NCBI RefSeq assembly: GCF_018977255.1
Contig: NW_024704763.1
Coordinates: 4,154,001-4,218,000 of the forward strand
Source: Callorhinchus milii
Lineage: Eukaryota
Reading direction: 5' to 3'
Length of the DNA stretch: 64,000 bases
Part shown: positions 26,214-38,732 of the stretch, one piece after another
How positions within the stretch are numbered: the stretch's first letter is position 1
Layout of the letters: each line of letters starts with the position of its first letter
Made by a program: the position numbers and the translations under genes
The notes under the pieces: generated by a model
Told to the model about the DNA's origin: nothing
Databases searched by the model: none
What the model saw: the letters and a program-made list of their open reading frames with translations, nothing else

Positions 26214-26345
26214 GTTCCGGGCCCCACACAGTGGTACGAAGTTCTTGGCAACTTTTTGCTCTTTAATTTCCGGATCCTCTGGGAACGCCCTCTGACGTCA
26301 CCGTATCACTGTATCCCCTGAAAACCATTGACCTGATTTGCATAA
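26214..26345 (-). promoter_or_regulatory. CIB1 proximal promoter
   Basis: Palindromic CRE TGACGTCA at 26293-26300, octamer ATTTGCAT at 26336-26343, and ETS-type TTCCGG sites just upstream of the ATG. Confidence 0.5.
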
Positions 26346-27577
26346 AATGCTCTCCAGTGGCGCTCGATACACCTGAGACAGGACAAGTGGTGGGAGGGAA
26401 GAGGAAGAGAGCTTGAAATCACCCTATTAAAGGCTGCAGTTAACATTAAACAATGGTTTCCTGCAAATTATTCATATAAATCCAAATACCACTTCCTACT
26501 CGCTTTCTCTCCTTCCTCCTTGTGTTGATATTAAGTCTCACTGTTGTGTATTACGCGAGCAACACTGATAACATTAACATTAAAAATGGGACACACAAGG
26601 AATGGAGAACAACGGAGTGAGCAAAATTTAAACGTTAGAATTTTTATTTTTTCATTACAACTGTATTGAACTGTATAGTTTAGTGGCAAGTTTGATATTG
26701 CAATAAAACTACAGACATTAGAATAATAATCCTTGCATTTGATATCACGTGTTTGAGAAGTCTCAAAGCGCTTGACAGAATATACTGTAAAATGAATTGA
26801 CTGTATATGCTGTGGGTGAAATGCTGTAGCCAATTGGGCACAGTGATTGATTCATTACTCTTTATATCAATGTCAGAGTGAGAGGAGACAGTTGTTTCTC
26901 TGGACCTGAAAGACTTCATATCTTTTGTTTTCCTCTGTTGATTTCACCAAGGATGACTTGGCTTTAATGATCGTGGGTTAACGCAGGGGAAAATAATTCC
27001 CACATTAAAACAGAGCATGGAATATGGTCGATTTTCATGACGTCTTTACCTGTGTGACACATTGTGCACTTGCATGCAATGTGCAGGAATCATCACCGAC
27101 CATGTTCACAGACCACCATCATTAAAACAAACTATGCTCCAGCAAGGTGTTTAATGAAGACCTTAATAATTGCTCCATGTCCACTCAACTCTGGCCTGTT
27201 ACTCTCCACCGCCACACCCCCTCTCAGCATAGTATACCCCTCATAGGCACACACATTTCCCACTTCCATGATTAATTACAGCAATTCATTCTTTGATTTG
27301 AATTATACTTTTATTTTTCTCGTCAAAAAATTACACAGCAAGGGTAGTCTGGCATTTTTCTTGTTCCAACTAAACAGGAAAAAGTACAGCATGTTCATAC
27401 AGATATGACTTTGCATTGAACTCATAACGGTGGTTGTGGGATCATTGCTCTTAGTCTACATTTTTGCTGTAACCGAGATTTAAGAAAGGAGTTGTGCTCT
27501 CATATGCCTAAGCAGGTTGAGAAAGCTTATCATTTCACCTTAAGTACATACACTCAACAGTGTGTTTTATTTGATAT

Positions 27578-28888
27578 TTAATCTTTTAAAACCCCAATAA
27601 TCTCAGTTCTGAGTTGACAGAATTGTTCATCCGGAAGCAAGTATTTCTGAATGATTTCCAGGACCTTTCCCTCATCGAGGCTAAAATAATCCTCAGAGTT
27701 CTTGATGGGCAAGTGACCGGCCAGCTCGCACAAAGCGACATTAAAAGCAGACTCTTCTTTGACACCAAAACAGGATTTTCGAGGCCAGAGAAGAACTCGG
27801 ACCCCATCCCGGGACCCCTGGTCTTCAGCTTCAGCCCCCAGAGGGCAACCTCGAGTCACAAATAGATTGTGAGCCAAACATTTCTTTATAAACAAATTCG
27901 TGATTTTATAAATGGTTTCTGCAGTTTGCTTAACATCAGTGCCATCGGTGTACAAAACCAACCCCCGGGTGTGATGCCTGGACAGAAAGTGAACCCGGTG
28001 CAACAGAACGTCCTGTTTTAGCTGGGGCTTACATTGATTGGTCTGCGATTCCTCCCACTTCTTCCTGGGTTTACCCACATCTGTTTCCACTTCATCCAGT
28101 TTTCTTCCAATTTCCTCTTGGTTGGCCTTTGCCATATGGTGGTTGAGTCTATGTCTATCCCAATCTATCTCAGCTGATAGAGGCTCTGTGGGTGCCCATT
28201 CCACCTCCAACTCGTATTGCAGGTAATATCCATGGATGTGCAAATGGTTGACAGAAGCAAAAGCCCCGAGACTGTTAAACCCGACCCTAAACCCCGGGTC
28301 TGAACTCAGGAAAACCAACTCGAGGGCGATCCTGAGCAAGTCCGGGGTTAAGACCTGGGGCAAACCCCGAGCGGGGTCTGGAACTGCCAAGACGTGGCCA
28401 TACTCCAGTGGGCTCACGTTAATAACGAGCAGCGTATCGCGGTGTCCTGGGTCCTCCGTAACCGGCCCGGGACAGGCGGGTTCCGCCCTGCGGAGGGAGA
28501 ACAGGATCTCGCTCGAGGAGATCCGGTTGAAGTTGAACTGATTGAGATCAAAAGGTTGCAAGACGCTGCTGATCTCCTGCGGCTTTCGCCTCTCTCTCCC
28601 CCGACTGATGTTAAGCTGAGCAACGAAGCGCCGCGGGCCTGGCAGCACCCGGCTCTCCAGCTCCCGAAGAACGTATCTGAAGAGCCCCCGACACATCTTC
28701 TCCTCCCAGCCAGAGCGCAGCGCGCAGTCCAGGCGGGACCGAGCACTCGGCTGTCTCCACCGGACTCCGCTCTTAATGAAATCCGCATCACAGTACTCAA
28801 AGAGACTGGGCTGCGGCTGGTCCGGGCTGCGATGCTGATGGCGCTCAGTTTCATTCACCGGCTTCGGTGCCTCACTGGGCGCCGCCAT
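27578..28888 (-). CDS. GDPGP1: GDP-D-glucose phosphorylase 1 (HIT family), single coding exon, 436 aa
   Basis: Intact ORF with FVAQLN..R..RRKPQ, PFD..FNF, INVSPLEYGHVL.VP, GFNSLGAFASVNHLHIHGYY (HIT motif), AHNLFVTRG and FNVALCELAGHLP; adjacent to CIB1 as in other vertebrates. Confidence 0.97.
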   Translation of the reverse strand: MAAPSEAPKPVNETERHQHRSPDQPQPSLFEYCDADFIKSGVRWRQPSARSRLDCALRSGWEEKMCRGLFRYVLRELESRVLPGPRRFVAQLNISRGRERRKPQEISSVLQPFDLNQFNFNRISSSEILFSLRRAEPACPGPVTEDPGHRDTLLVINVSPLEYGHVLAVPDPARGLPQVLTPDLLRIALELVFLSSDPGFRVGFNSLGAFASVNHLHIHGYYLQYELEVEWAPTEPLSAEIDWDRHRLNHHMAKANQEEIGRKLDEVETDVGKPRKKWEESQTNQCKPQLKQDVLLHRVHFLSRHHTRGLVLYTDGTDVKQTAETIYKITNLFIKKCLAHNLFVTRGCPLGAEAEDQGSRDGVRVLLWPRKSCFGVKEESAFNVALCELAGHLPIKNSEDYFSLDEGKVLEIIQKYLLPDEQFCQLRTEIIGVLKD

Positions 28889-28945
28889 TTTCTCGTGACG
28901 TCGAGCAGCGCTGGATCACGTGGGCTCCTCCTCCTGCCAATCACC
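28880..28945 (-). promoter_or_regulatory. GDPGP1 proximal promoter
   Basis: YY1-type AAAATGGCGGC overlapping the start codon, TGACGT half-CRE, E-box CACGTG (~28917-28922), CCAAT (~28937); CpG-rich. Confidence 0.45.
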
Positions 28946-29839
28946 GAGCTCCGGCTTCACTCCCGCAACATCTCTGCTTTTGCTCCTCTCCTCTGATGTT
29001 TGATACCTATTTCTTATTCTGCTGCTGCTGCTGCATGACTGTGTTTTGGTTCCTCGCCCGAGTGGCTTAAAACATGTAAAGTACAAAGCTTTGACGCTGA
29101 ATATACAGGAGGTGCTTCAGGGGAATTCTATACTTGCAGATAGGTCCAGGCAGCAAGTTTAGGACAGAGCCCATGCAGTATTTTGCCCCATACAGAGGGG
29201 TAACAGCAGCTGGAAATGAATTGCCAGGATGGATATGCCACCCTTTAAGAAACAGCCATAACAAGAACACAGTGGGGTGGGTATCCTAGAAGGATTAGGT
29301 GAATTGTTTGGAGGTATTCTGCATTCCTAATTATTATTATTATTCGGTCGGATGTGACAGAATGTCACAATTGCGGTTCCCCAGATTAAAGAAAAAAATA
29401 CTGCTGCCTTACCAGGTTAATAATAAAACAAGTCAAAACTGAACCTTAAAATTACAATTCACGCTGAGAAACTGAACAATTTATTTAGTCATACCAATAA
29501 ACATAATTAGTCAATAATATTCTTATTTATGTCCATCGATAAGGTAAACAATAAAACAAATGCTCCATTATTTAAAAAGAACATTTGTTTCCAAAAGCAT
29601 TCAGTATCTTATATAACTTACTCTTGACATTTTGACCTCCTTTACAATCTTTCCTGGCTAATTTTCTCTCTTGAAGGTGTCTCTTGCTGGGTTGGTTCCA
29701 CAAGCGTCAGCCGTTTGACCCCATTCTAGTAGGCGTTCTTCATGCAGGAGCATGGACGGTGAATGTCAGAATGTCTATTCGACTGCATGGAGTGTGATTA
29801 ATCCTAGGCAATCTTCAAAGCTCCACAATGATGCAGTGT

Positions 29840-32800
29840 TTAAAACTCTTTCTGTTCTGCAAATACAAACGTGTTCCAAGGTCCACAGGCAACATCTAGA
29901 ACAGTAAGCTGATTTTTTACAAAATATTCAACACGTTTTGGTTGATCAGAACTATCGGTGTGCCCGTGGCCAAGCTGTCCATAATTACCTAAGAAATATA
30001 AATGAATAATTTAGGCTGTAACAGATACCATTCCTTGTGAAAATTGTTTGATCAGCACCCAAAATATTTTAATGGCTTAATACTTACACCAACCCCATGT
30101 GAACAGCTCTCCTCCCCCTGAAAAAGGGAAAATGCAGATTCAATGATAAATATCAAAAAGTTAAACAGCCAGTACTGAAGTAGCAAGCGTTTTTACAGTT
30201 AAATTCAACCTTTGTTCCCAACTGCTGACACTGTTCACAGCATACAACCTTCTAATTTCAATGAAGGTACAGCTCTGGGATCTCAGTTTTGCATTTCATT
30301 CTTACTTTGACATCTTCAAAACACTGAGTTTCAGGATCACAGCTGGACCGTATGAGGAATAGGAATGAAAACAAATGCTCCAAGAAAACTTTCAAGGAAT
30401 ATAGCATCAACGAAGATCTTATTCAGATGGAGTTGTGTATGTCTCCCAACTGATTGAGTCCATATGTTAACAGAAAAAATACAGGCACACAAGTCTGTTG
30501 TTTTTCTGTTATAATGTTAATTTAGAAACAAATATGAATTCCTCAGTAACTTTATACTTACGGTTAATGGCTGCAGTGTGCCGTGACCCACAGCTGATTC
30601 TTCTGACCTCTGACCCGTCTGGTAAATCTACCAATGCAGGAAATGCCTGGATCGAGATAAATACATTCACGTTTTCTGGTTCCTGTGTGGCAGTTACTTC
30701 TTCACTGGCTGATTTCACAAGCATGTCGCTGGGATTTCTTAGTATCAGAGTGCCTGTGTGTATAGTTTAAATTAATATAATAATAACAATCCTTGCATTT
30801 GATATAGCACTTTTCACGTCTTCTCGACGTATCAAAGCTCTTCACAGAATATGCTGTAAAGTGAATTGAACGTATATTTGTGAATTGTGCACAGCAGTGT
30901 CCCACAAACAGTCGTGGATTGAAAATGACCAATTTATTATTGTTTTTTGTTTTGGAGGGATTATTATTAGGCTCTGTGTGGAGTAAGGAAACTTGCCCAA
31001 GTTTTCGCCCTGCCTGGAATTGAACCCAGGTGTCTCACTTGTAAGGCAAGTGCTCTAACCAGAGCTACAGGACTCCACAAATTGTGGCTTAAAGTCAACA
31101 ATAATATGCAAACACCAATAAACTGAAAGTTAATATTGTCTCAGTTTGATACAAAGTAACTTGCAGACTAGACATTTAGAATTTAGATACAGGTATAATA
31201 CAACAAATTAACAACAAACTATATTTGTATAGCACCTTTAACGTCGGGAGGACATCCCAAATATAATAGTAGCATATTATATCAAAACATCACACAACAT
31301 AGCAGTAATTACTGTTAAGTGTAGTGACTACTTGTAGGCGAACATAGCAGCCTAAGTCCTATAAGACTGTAAAACAGTGAATGAACACATTTAATAATAA
31401 TCCTTGCATTTGGTATAGCTCATTTTTATGTCGTCAAGATGTCTCAAAGTGCTTCACAGTAAAGTGGATTGAATGTGTATTTTGTGGGCGAAAACTGGAG
31501 GATTCTTTGGGAATTCTTTGAGAATCCCCTTCTCTCTTCAAATAATGCATAAATTCTTTAGTGCCCACCTAAACAGGCAGCATAGCTCAGCACAGACCTG
31601 GGATCAAACTAAAATTCTACCAGGTTGTTACGGTTCAGCAATTTAGTGAATGAACTCAATGTGCTGTTGGGAACATCTATGTCTACATGTTCTTTCAGAC
31701 AGTCAAACAAAGTTAAAAAACAAAAAATCTCCTCACCCTCTTCAGAGCACTTCTTCAGCTGCCCCTTATTCTTACAGCATGATTTTGTTGGCAGTCCCAG
31801 CTGTCCTGATTCATTCCAACCCCACAAGTATAGGTCTCCAGATTCTAAGAGTTATTTTATTTTTAAAAAAGACAAGATGCACATTTCAAAAACAAAGTTA
31901 TTCAGAGCCCATGTTTTCAGTTATAATTACAGCACTCTTTCGCAACTTGCAGTAATCCTACAACACCTGACTTGTGTATTCAAGACTGGATTTTCCCAAG
32001 CATTAAGACTTTCTCAAAATACATCAATGGGAAAAATGACTGATGACAGCGGACATTTACAGCGAATATCACCATTAAAAGGCCAAGGTCTCTCTTAGTT
32101 AGTTACGCACATTATATCAGTGATATTCTGAGAGGTCTAGTGGTAATCATAAAAATCATTTGTTCATTGACACCCAAGTCCCTTTGGACGCTAACACATT
32201 CCAATCTCTCCCCTTCTAAAAAATAAAATAAAATACATGACACAAAACTAGGAGGAAGTGTCAACACAGAGGATGACATTAAAAAAATGCAGCGAGACAC
32301 AGATAGGTTAGGTGATTGGGCAGGTAGGTGGCAGATGAAGTATAATGTAGGGAAGTGCGAAGTCATCCACCTGGGTAGCAAAAACAGTAGAGCGGGTTAT
32401 TTTTTAGAAGGGGAGAGATTGGAATGCGTTAGAGTCCAGAGGGACTTGGGTGTCCTTGTACACCAATCACAGAAAGTTAATCTGCAGGTGCAGCAGCAAT
32501 TAGAAAGACGAACGATATGTTAGCATTCATTATGAAAGGATTAGAGTATAAGAGTAGGGCGGTCTTGCTGCAACTGTATAGGGCCCTGGTGAGACCACAC
32601 CTGGAATACTGTGTCCAGTTTTGGTCTTCTCATTAAAGGAAGGATGTACTTGCCTTGGAGGGGGTGCAGTGTAGATTTACTAGGTTAGTACCAGGGATGA
32701 AGGGCTTGAGTTACGAGGATAGGCTGACCAATTTGGACCTATATTCTCTACAATATAGAAGAATTAGAGGGGATGATAGAGTAGATAGTGGGAGATAGTT

Positions 32801-35800
32801 TCCCCTGGTTGGAGAAACTAAAACCAGGGGTCACAACCTTAAAATCAGAGGCTAGCCCTTCTTCACTCAAAGGGTGGTGAATGTATGGAACTCACTACCC
32901 CAAAGGGCTGTTGACGCTCAGTCCTTGAACATATTCAAGACTGAGATAGATAGGTTTCTTATTGCAAAAGGGATTAAGGGATATGAGGATAACGCAGGGT
33001 CAGGTTATTAGCTGGAGTTAGATTAGAAGATCAGCCATGATTGAATGGCGGGGCAGGCTCGAAGGGCCGAATGGCCTACTCCTGCTCCTACATGTTATGT
33101 TATTGAGACATAGCATCCTGTGGCACTGGATGATGCACCACACCTTGGCCAGGCATTTTGTCAGCCACTGTGTGCAGGTTTAGGAGAATTCTTACCACTT
33201 GCACTTACGGAATGCCAGGCCCCTGCTGCTATCTCAGCCATCACCAACCCATGTAATGCCTCCACGATCCTCGGCTCTACCTCATTCTCAACACTTCCAT
33301 GCCCTAACTGACCATAGCTGGGAAACAGAAAATATATGTCAGATAAAATAAGTAGCAGAATGGAATAATGTCAACTTAGCAAAAATTTAATGTCTGAACA
33401 TCTCTAGAGAAACACCTCTATTAAATAACCAGTATCCAAATTGGCAAAGATGTACCAAGCACATGGTATACAGAGGAGCCCATTTAATATCCACTGATCT
33501 ACAGGACTCCACAAAATGTATACTCACATCAGTTCCCTTTAACATCCAGTTGCAAAAGTACATACAATCAGGTCTTTCCACTGACCAAAAGAGGTTCATC
33601 CCACACATTTAATGTCCAGAGGGAAAGTTTTTTTTATTATTTCCTGATCAGCAGAATTTATAAAGCAAACACGTGCAAGGAGTACAGTAAATCTCATACT
33701 GGTTAGGCTCTATTGCTCCAGAGAACACGTACATTTCCATAATTGTAGTAGGCACCCCGTGCTAAAGGTGAGATGTGCCTTTTCATTCCTGATTATGTAC
33801 CACACAAACTATGAATCTTATTATAACTTACAATACAATTTTAAAAATACATCTTACTGTCCAGAGCCCCAGGAATAAACAGTCCCACCCATGCTCAGTA
33901 GGAGAGCATGCTCAGTGCCAAGCACCAGTTTTACTACATTGAGCAGAGGTGACAACGATTTGTAGAATGGAGGCACTGTTGTGATGTAGCCACCAGGTAC
34001 CAGCGGTAGCACTATGAAAGAAAGAAAGCAAGAGTGGGTGATAGAACAAAACGTGCAGCTCCTGGTGTTTCAGGACGCTCATCGCAGAGGTCTCTGATCT
34101 CTAAGAGGACGGCGCTGTGGCCTATCATCCTATCCTGACCTTATAAGTAGTTTCTGCACCTGTACTCATTGCTTCCCTCTCCTTCAACTGCATCGTCCAG
34201 GTCACTTTGGCATCTGTTCCTCCAGCAGAGCAGAGCTCTCGAACATCCCAGCATTCCACTTTGTCTTCATACAATACCAGAAGATATTTTTCAGAACAAA
34301 GAATGTCTTTGCAATGCTGATTATCTTGGTTATTAACGCACAACTGCTGCCAAGGGCGACCAGCAACAAAACCATAGAAAAACACAGATCCATCATCTGC
34401 AACAAAAACAAAATAAATTAGCACAATGGAATTTGTTGCGTGTAATATAGTTCGGTTTTGTAAATGATTAAACTAAAGGGATTAAAAAGTGTAATTTAGA
34501 AACTTACCTTACATATACATACACAAAAATATCCCTCTCCCCATGGCTCAGTTGTGAAATCAATATTCAGTTTCATCTTACTAAAATGACAATTGGTTTA
34601 CACTTGGCTCCGCTGCCTGCCCTTAGCTGAGAGGGGGGAGAGAATGAGCCAGATTCCTTCCTAATTCCTAAAATAAGATTACTAATCTTCTGGAAAACTG
34701 CAGATTAAAAATGTATTTCTATTGTTTTCTCCCTACTAAAGGCACTGATTTTTCATGGATACAAATTCATGGGTGTCAATCAATGTTTTGCCCATAAAAT
34801 ACACGGTCAATCCACTTTACAGTATATACTGTGAAGTCCTTTAAGACATCACAATGCCACGATAAGGCGCTTTATCGAATATAAGTATTATTATTAGCTT
34901 CTGGTACCACATGAAGAGTAGCCATTTTTAGTGAGTTTAAATAATGTCTGTGTGACCACTGCGAGGGACCACAGACAAGCTCCATCCTGTCCCTTGATAC
35001 CATTTTTAATCTGCAGTTTGAATAAAATATTTTAAACCCAGAAATTCCATAGTATTACTTCTTGACCCATAACCCGTATCATTCAACACCACCAACAACT
35101 CGCACTTATATAGCGCCCTCCGTGCCGGGCGGCGTCTCGGAGCGCTTAACAATGGTGGAGCCCAAGGTGACCCAAGCACATACAGCGAGCATTCATGACC
35201 GCAGGTTACAGGTCAGAGCAGGACAATCATCTTAAAATCATACTTATAAATAAAATGTTCAGTTTTTTTTAATCCTCGCCTTTGATATCGCATGGCATTT
35301 AGAAAGAACATCAAGAGCGACTGAATAATAATCCTTGCATTTGACATAGGGCTTTTCACGTCTTCTCGACGTCTCAAAGCGCTTCACAGAATAGACTGTA
35401 AAGCAAATTGACTGCATATTTGTGGGCGAAACGCGGCAGCGCACAGCGGCGTCCCCACAAACAGTCGGGGATTGAAAATGACCGATGTGTTATATTTTTT
35501 TTGAGGGATTATTATCAGAATTAAAAAGTGCTCCACGAAGATTTCTGTGTAAAGTGTGAAAATTCTGACACACCTTAAAACGTGGGGAGATTTCTCCAAA
35601 AAAAAACTCCCCCCAATTGTATGTCAGCTCTTTGAAGTGACCAGTGTCCTCGCTCAGTACCCCCCGAACCGGTTACCTGCCCCCGTTACCTGTAGTCCTG
35701 TAGCTCAGTGGTTAGAGCACTCGCTTTGCAAGCGAGAGACCTGAGTTCAATTCCAGGCAGAGGGCGAAACCTTGGGCAAGTTTCCTTACTCCACACAGAG

Positions 35801-36390
35801 CCTAATAATAATCCCTCCAAAAAACCAAAAACAATAATAAATTGGTCATTTTCAATCCACGACTGTTTTGTGGGACATTGCTGTGCGCAATTGGCTGCCG
35901 CGTTCGCCCACAAACATACAGTCCATTCACTTTACGGTATATTCTGTGAAGCGCTTTGGGACGTCTTAGAAGACGTGAAAAGCGCTATATCAAGATGCGA
36001 TTATTATTATTAGTCGTAGTATTATTATCACAGCAGCAGCAGCTCACCCGTCAGCCATGCAGTGCGTCCCCAAGTGGGGCAGATCCGAGTCCCAGGCCTC
36101 TGAGTCTCCCCCGGGCCCTGTCTGGGGTGTGACGGCGGTGTTTGAGAAGCTTCCCCCAGGCTCTGGGCCTCAGGCTGTGACGGTTGCGGTAATGGCGGCG
36201 GGGCCGGGGGCGGGGCCGGGGGCGGCCGCTCGCTTCTCTCCGCGCTCTGTTTAAAGCCGGCGAGCGGGAAGCTCACTTCTCGGGGCCTCAGGACCCGACC
36301 CAATCCTCCCCCTTCTCCGGCCTCGCCAATCTGCCCGAACTGATTGAACCCGAACCCGAAACAACGGCAGCGCGAGGAGGAGACCGCCAT
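29840..36390 (-). CDS. RCCD1: RCC1 domain-containing protein 1, 8 coding exons, 444 aa
   Basis: Exons 36390-36048, 34396-34160, 34011-33858, 33317-33196, 31844-31737, 30753-30562, 30117-30088, 29988-29840 join in frame (1335 nt). Motifs [89 protein letters not shown]; lies downstream of UNC45A as in human. Confidence 0.95.
30778..31076 (-). mobile_element. Near full-length young SINE copy in an RCCD1 intron
   Basis: Same head, body and tail in reverse orientation, with a small internal deletion. Confidence 0.88.
32233..33102 (+). mobile_element. 5'-truncated CR1-clade LINE (RT C-terminus plus 3' UTR), degenerate
   Basis: [29 protein letters not shown]...[25 protein letters not shown] with stops/frameshifts; 3' end GAAGGGCCGAATGGCCTACTCCTGCTCCTA..(TGTTA)n. 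Confidence 0.92.
35691..36012 (+). mobile_element. Full-length tRNA(Ala-like)-headed SINE with Deu-like core and L2-type 3' tail
   Basis: A-box TAGCTCAGTGG, anticodon arm CTCGC-TTTGCAA-GCGAG, B-box GAGTTCAATTCC, core TGTGCGCAATTGGCTGCCGCG, tail GAAGCGCTTTGGGACGTC..GTGAAAAGCGCTATA, then (TTA)n. Confidence 0.92.
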
Positions 36391-37663
36391 CGGCGCGAGC
36401 CGGAGCCGCCCCTCCCCACAGACCACCAACCGCCGAGTAACGGCCGTTGGCGTCCTCCCGCGGACTCCGCCCCCTTCCCCGTGACGTCTTCTCCGAAGAC
36501 CCGCCCACAACCTCTCCCCCTCCCCCCTCCCCCCCCTCGAGGCGTCTCAAAGCGCTTCACAGGACACGCTGCACAAAGTCAATTGACCGCGTCCCGCGCG
36601 GGCCAAACGGGGCAGCCGGTTGCGCGCAGCAGCGTCCCGCGGGCAGCCGTGGGTCGGACAGCGAGGACGCCGCTTTGAACGCCCAGTTCCACGGCAGGAG
36701 ATACTTAAACCCAATATAAAAACGAGATGTTGTCCACCGACCCACTCTCCCACCGAACGCGCGTGTGCAGGCACTCACTCGAATTGGCGTGGGAAAGCAG
36801 CTTCTCACTGCCATCCCCCCGACCATTAAGGATTCCTGAATTGCGCAGCGATTGGAAAGACCCAATAAAATGACTACTTGTAAGAGAGATATACGTGACC
36901 CGGAAACGCCTTCCTGAAAGTAGGAAAACCGGACGCGTTACGAGATATCAAAAGTGACCAGTTATCAGAGGATCATAATTAACATTTCTTTGGAGGGATG
37001 TTGAGTGAGCGACGGGTTATGTGTGGTTGATGAATTATGCCAGGGGCCGAGTTATCAGTTTCACTGTAACACATAATCACATCATCGAAACATCTCAAAA
37101 AGTGCTTCACAGGACTTAATTGATTTGCTCACCAATATACAGCACCAAGTCAAGGAATTCTGTTCTGTGTAAAATGTAGTAAATTTATTGCTGAAGATAG
37201 AACAGTGTTGCCCAAAAACATTTCACGTGAAGTGTTGCATTACTTATAACATCTTGTATTTCAAATCACACACTTCAAAGATAATGGGTTTAGTAGTACA
37301 GTACAAAACAGGAATGTGATATATATAATGTATATAAATCATATACACGTCAGGTGGTTGCGAATAAACTAGAACTTGAGATTATAAACCACAGGAAGGG
37401 TTTTTATTTTTGTCAATCCCAAGATTGTTTCGAAATTTTTAAGTCTCAAAAGATATCTCTTAATTTAATATATACAATTTGTTTCTGTGACCTCTGGAAG
37501 GGTGCAAATATACAAGTGTTCACTGAGTTACCAAGAGGTCAATAATGGCAGTGTATAAGGAATGATAGAATAAAAAGAATATTATTTGAAGTCAAGATTA
37601 GGTTATACTCGTCTTCTACATACAGTATTATAACAGTGCAGAACAATACACATTGTAAACAAA

Positions 37664-37985
37664 ATAATAATAACAATCCTTGCATTTGATATAGCGCTTT
37701 TCACGTTGGGAGGACATCCCAAAGCGCTTCACAGAATACACTGTAAAGTGAATTGACTGTATATTTGTGAACGAACGCGGCAGCCAATTGCGCACAGCAA
37801 TGTCCCACAAACAGTCGTAGATTGAAAATGACCAATTTTATTATTATTTTTGGTTTTTGGAGGGATTATTATTAGGCTCTGTGTGGAGTAAGGAAACTTG
37901 CCCAAGGTTTCACCCTCTGCCTGGAATTGAACTCAGGTCTCTCGCTTGCAAAGCGAGTGCTCTAACCACTGAGCTACAGGACTCC
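37664..37985 (-). mobile_element. Full-length copy of the same young SINE family
   Basis: Near-identical reverse complement of 35691-36012. Confidence 0.92.
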
Positions 37986-38732
37986 AATACTTGATAATTG
38001 AAATGACTGGGTCATGGTTAAACTTCTATAAGACTTTGAAAATAAGGAACAAGATTACAATAGAATTACAATCAACTAGGCCCCAAACTAAGCCCCAAGG
38101 CTATCGCTTGCAATTTTACATCATTAATACTAATGGGACCATGCATGCAAAGTACCTAAACTAATAAAATTGTGCTGGGGGTGACTGCAATCCTGTGAGT
38201 ATCATATAAGTTGCATTGTTTTATTGTTTGAGCATTTCAACTATATTTTGAACATGTATGTGTAAAACAATGTATCATAAAGCTTTAAGTGATTCATTAG
38301 GATTAGTTAGAATTCCTTTACAGCCCAGACATATCCGGGTAGATTCAAATGTGTATGATTCTCCCATCCCAAAGCATTTATCTACTTTCCTGATTGTAGG
38401 TTTTTCAAGATGATAAATGAACCTAAAGACAAGCACAAGTCCCCCTGACTGCCTTTCTCTAAATACAAAATCAATCTAGAAAAACTCCTTGAAAATAAAC
38501 TCTGGCATTTGAGACTGCCAAACAATGTTCTAAATCACAGGACAAATAATTTCTAGTGAGCTGTAATTTTGCCTCAGGGCCTAAGGATTGTGATTTCGAT
38601 ATTTTGCTGTAACTTTACTCTGTGCACATTATTTTGGAAGAGCATGAGAAACATCTCCACACTTTAGGGATGGTTAATGAACTCTTATGATGTTTCTTTT
38701 TTTTTTAAAAACTACTTTTCCACAGGAATGTC

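Noticed and set aside
28394-28996. 200-aa + strand ORF
   Set aside because: Antisense shadow of the GC-rich GDPGP1 CDS, GTG start, no recognisable motif
35695-35765. tRNA-Ala(TGC)-like sequence
   Set aside because: It is the head of a multi-copy SINE, continues into the SINE body and lacks a proper acceptor stem
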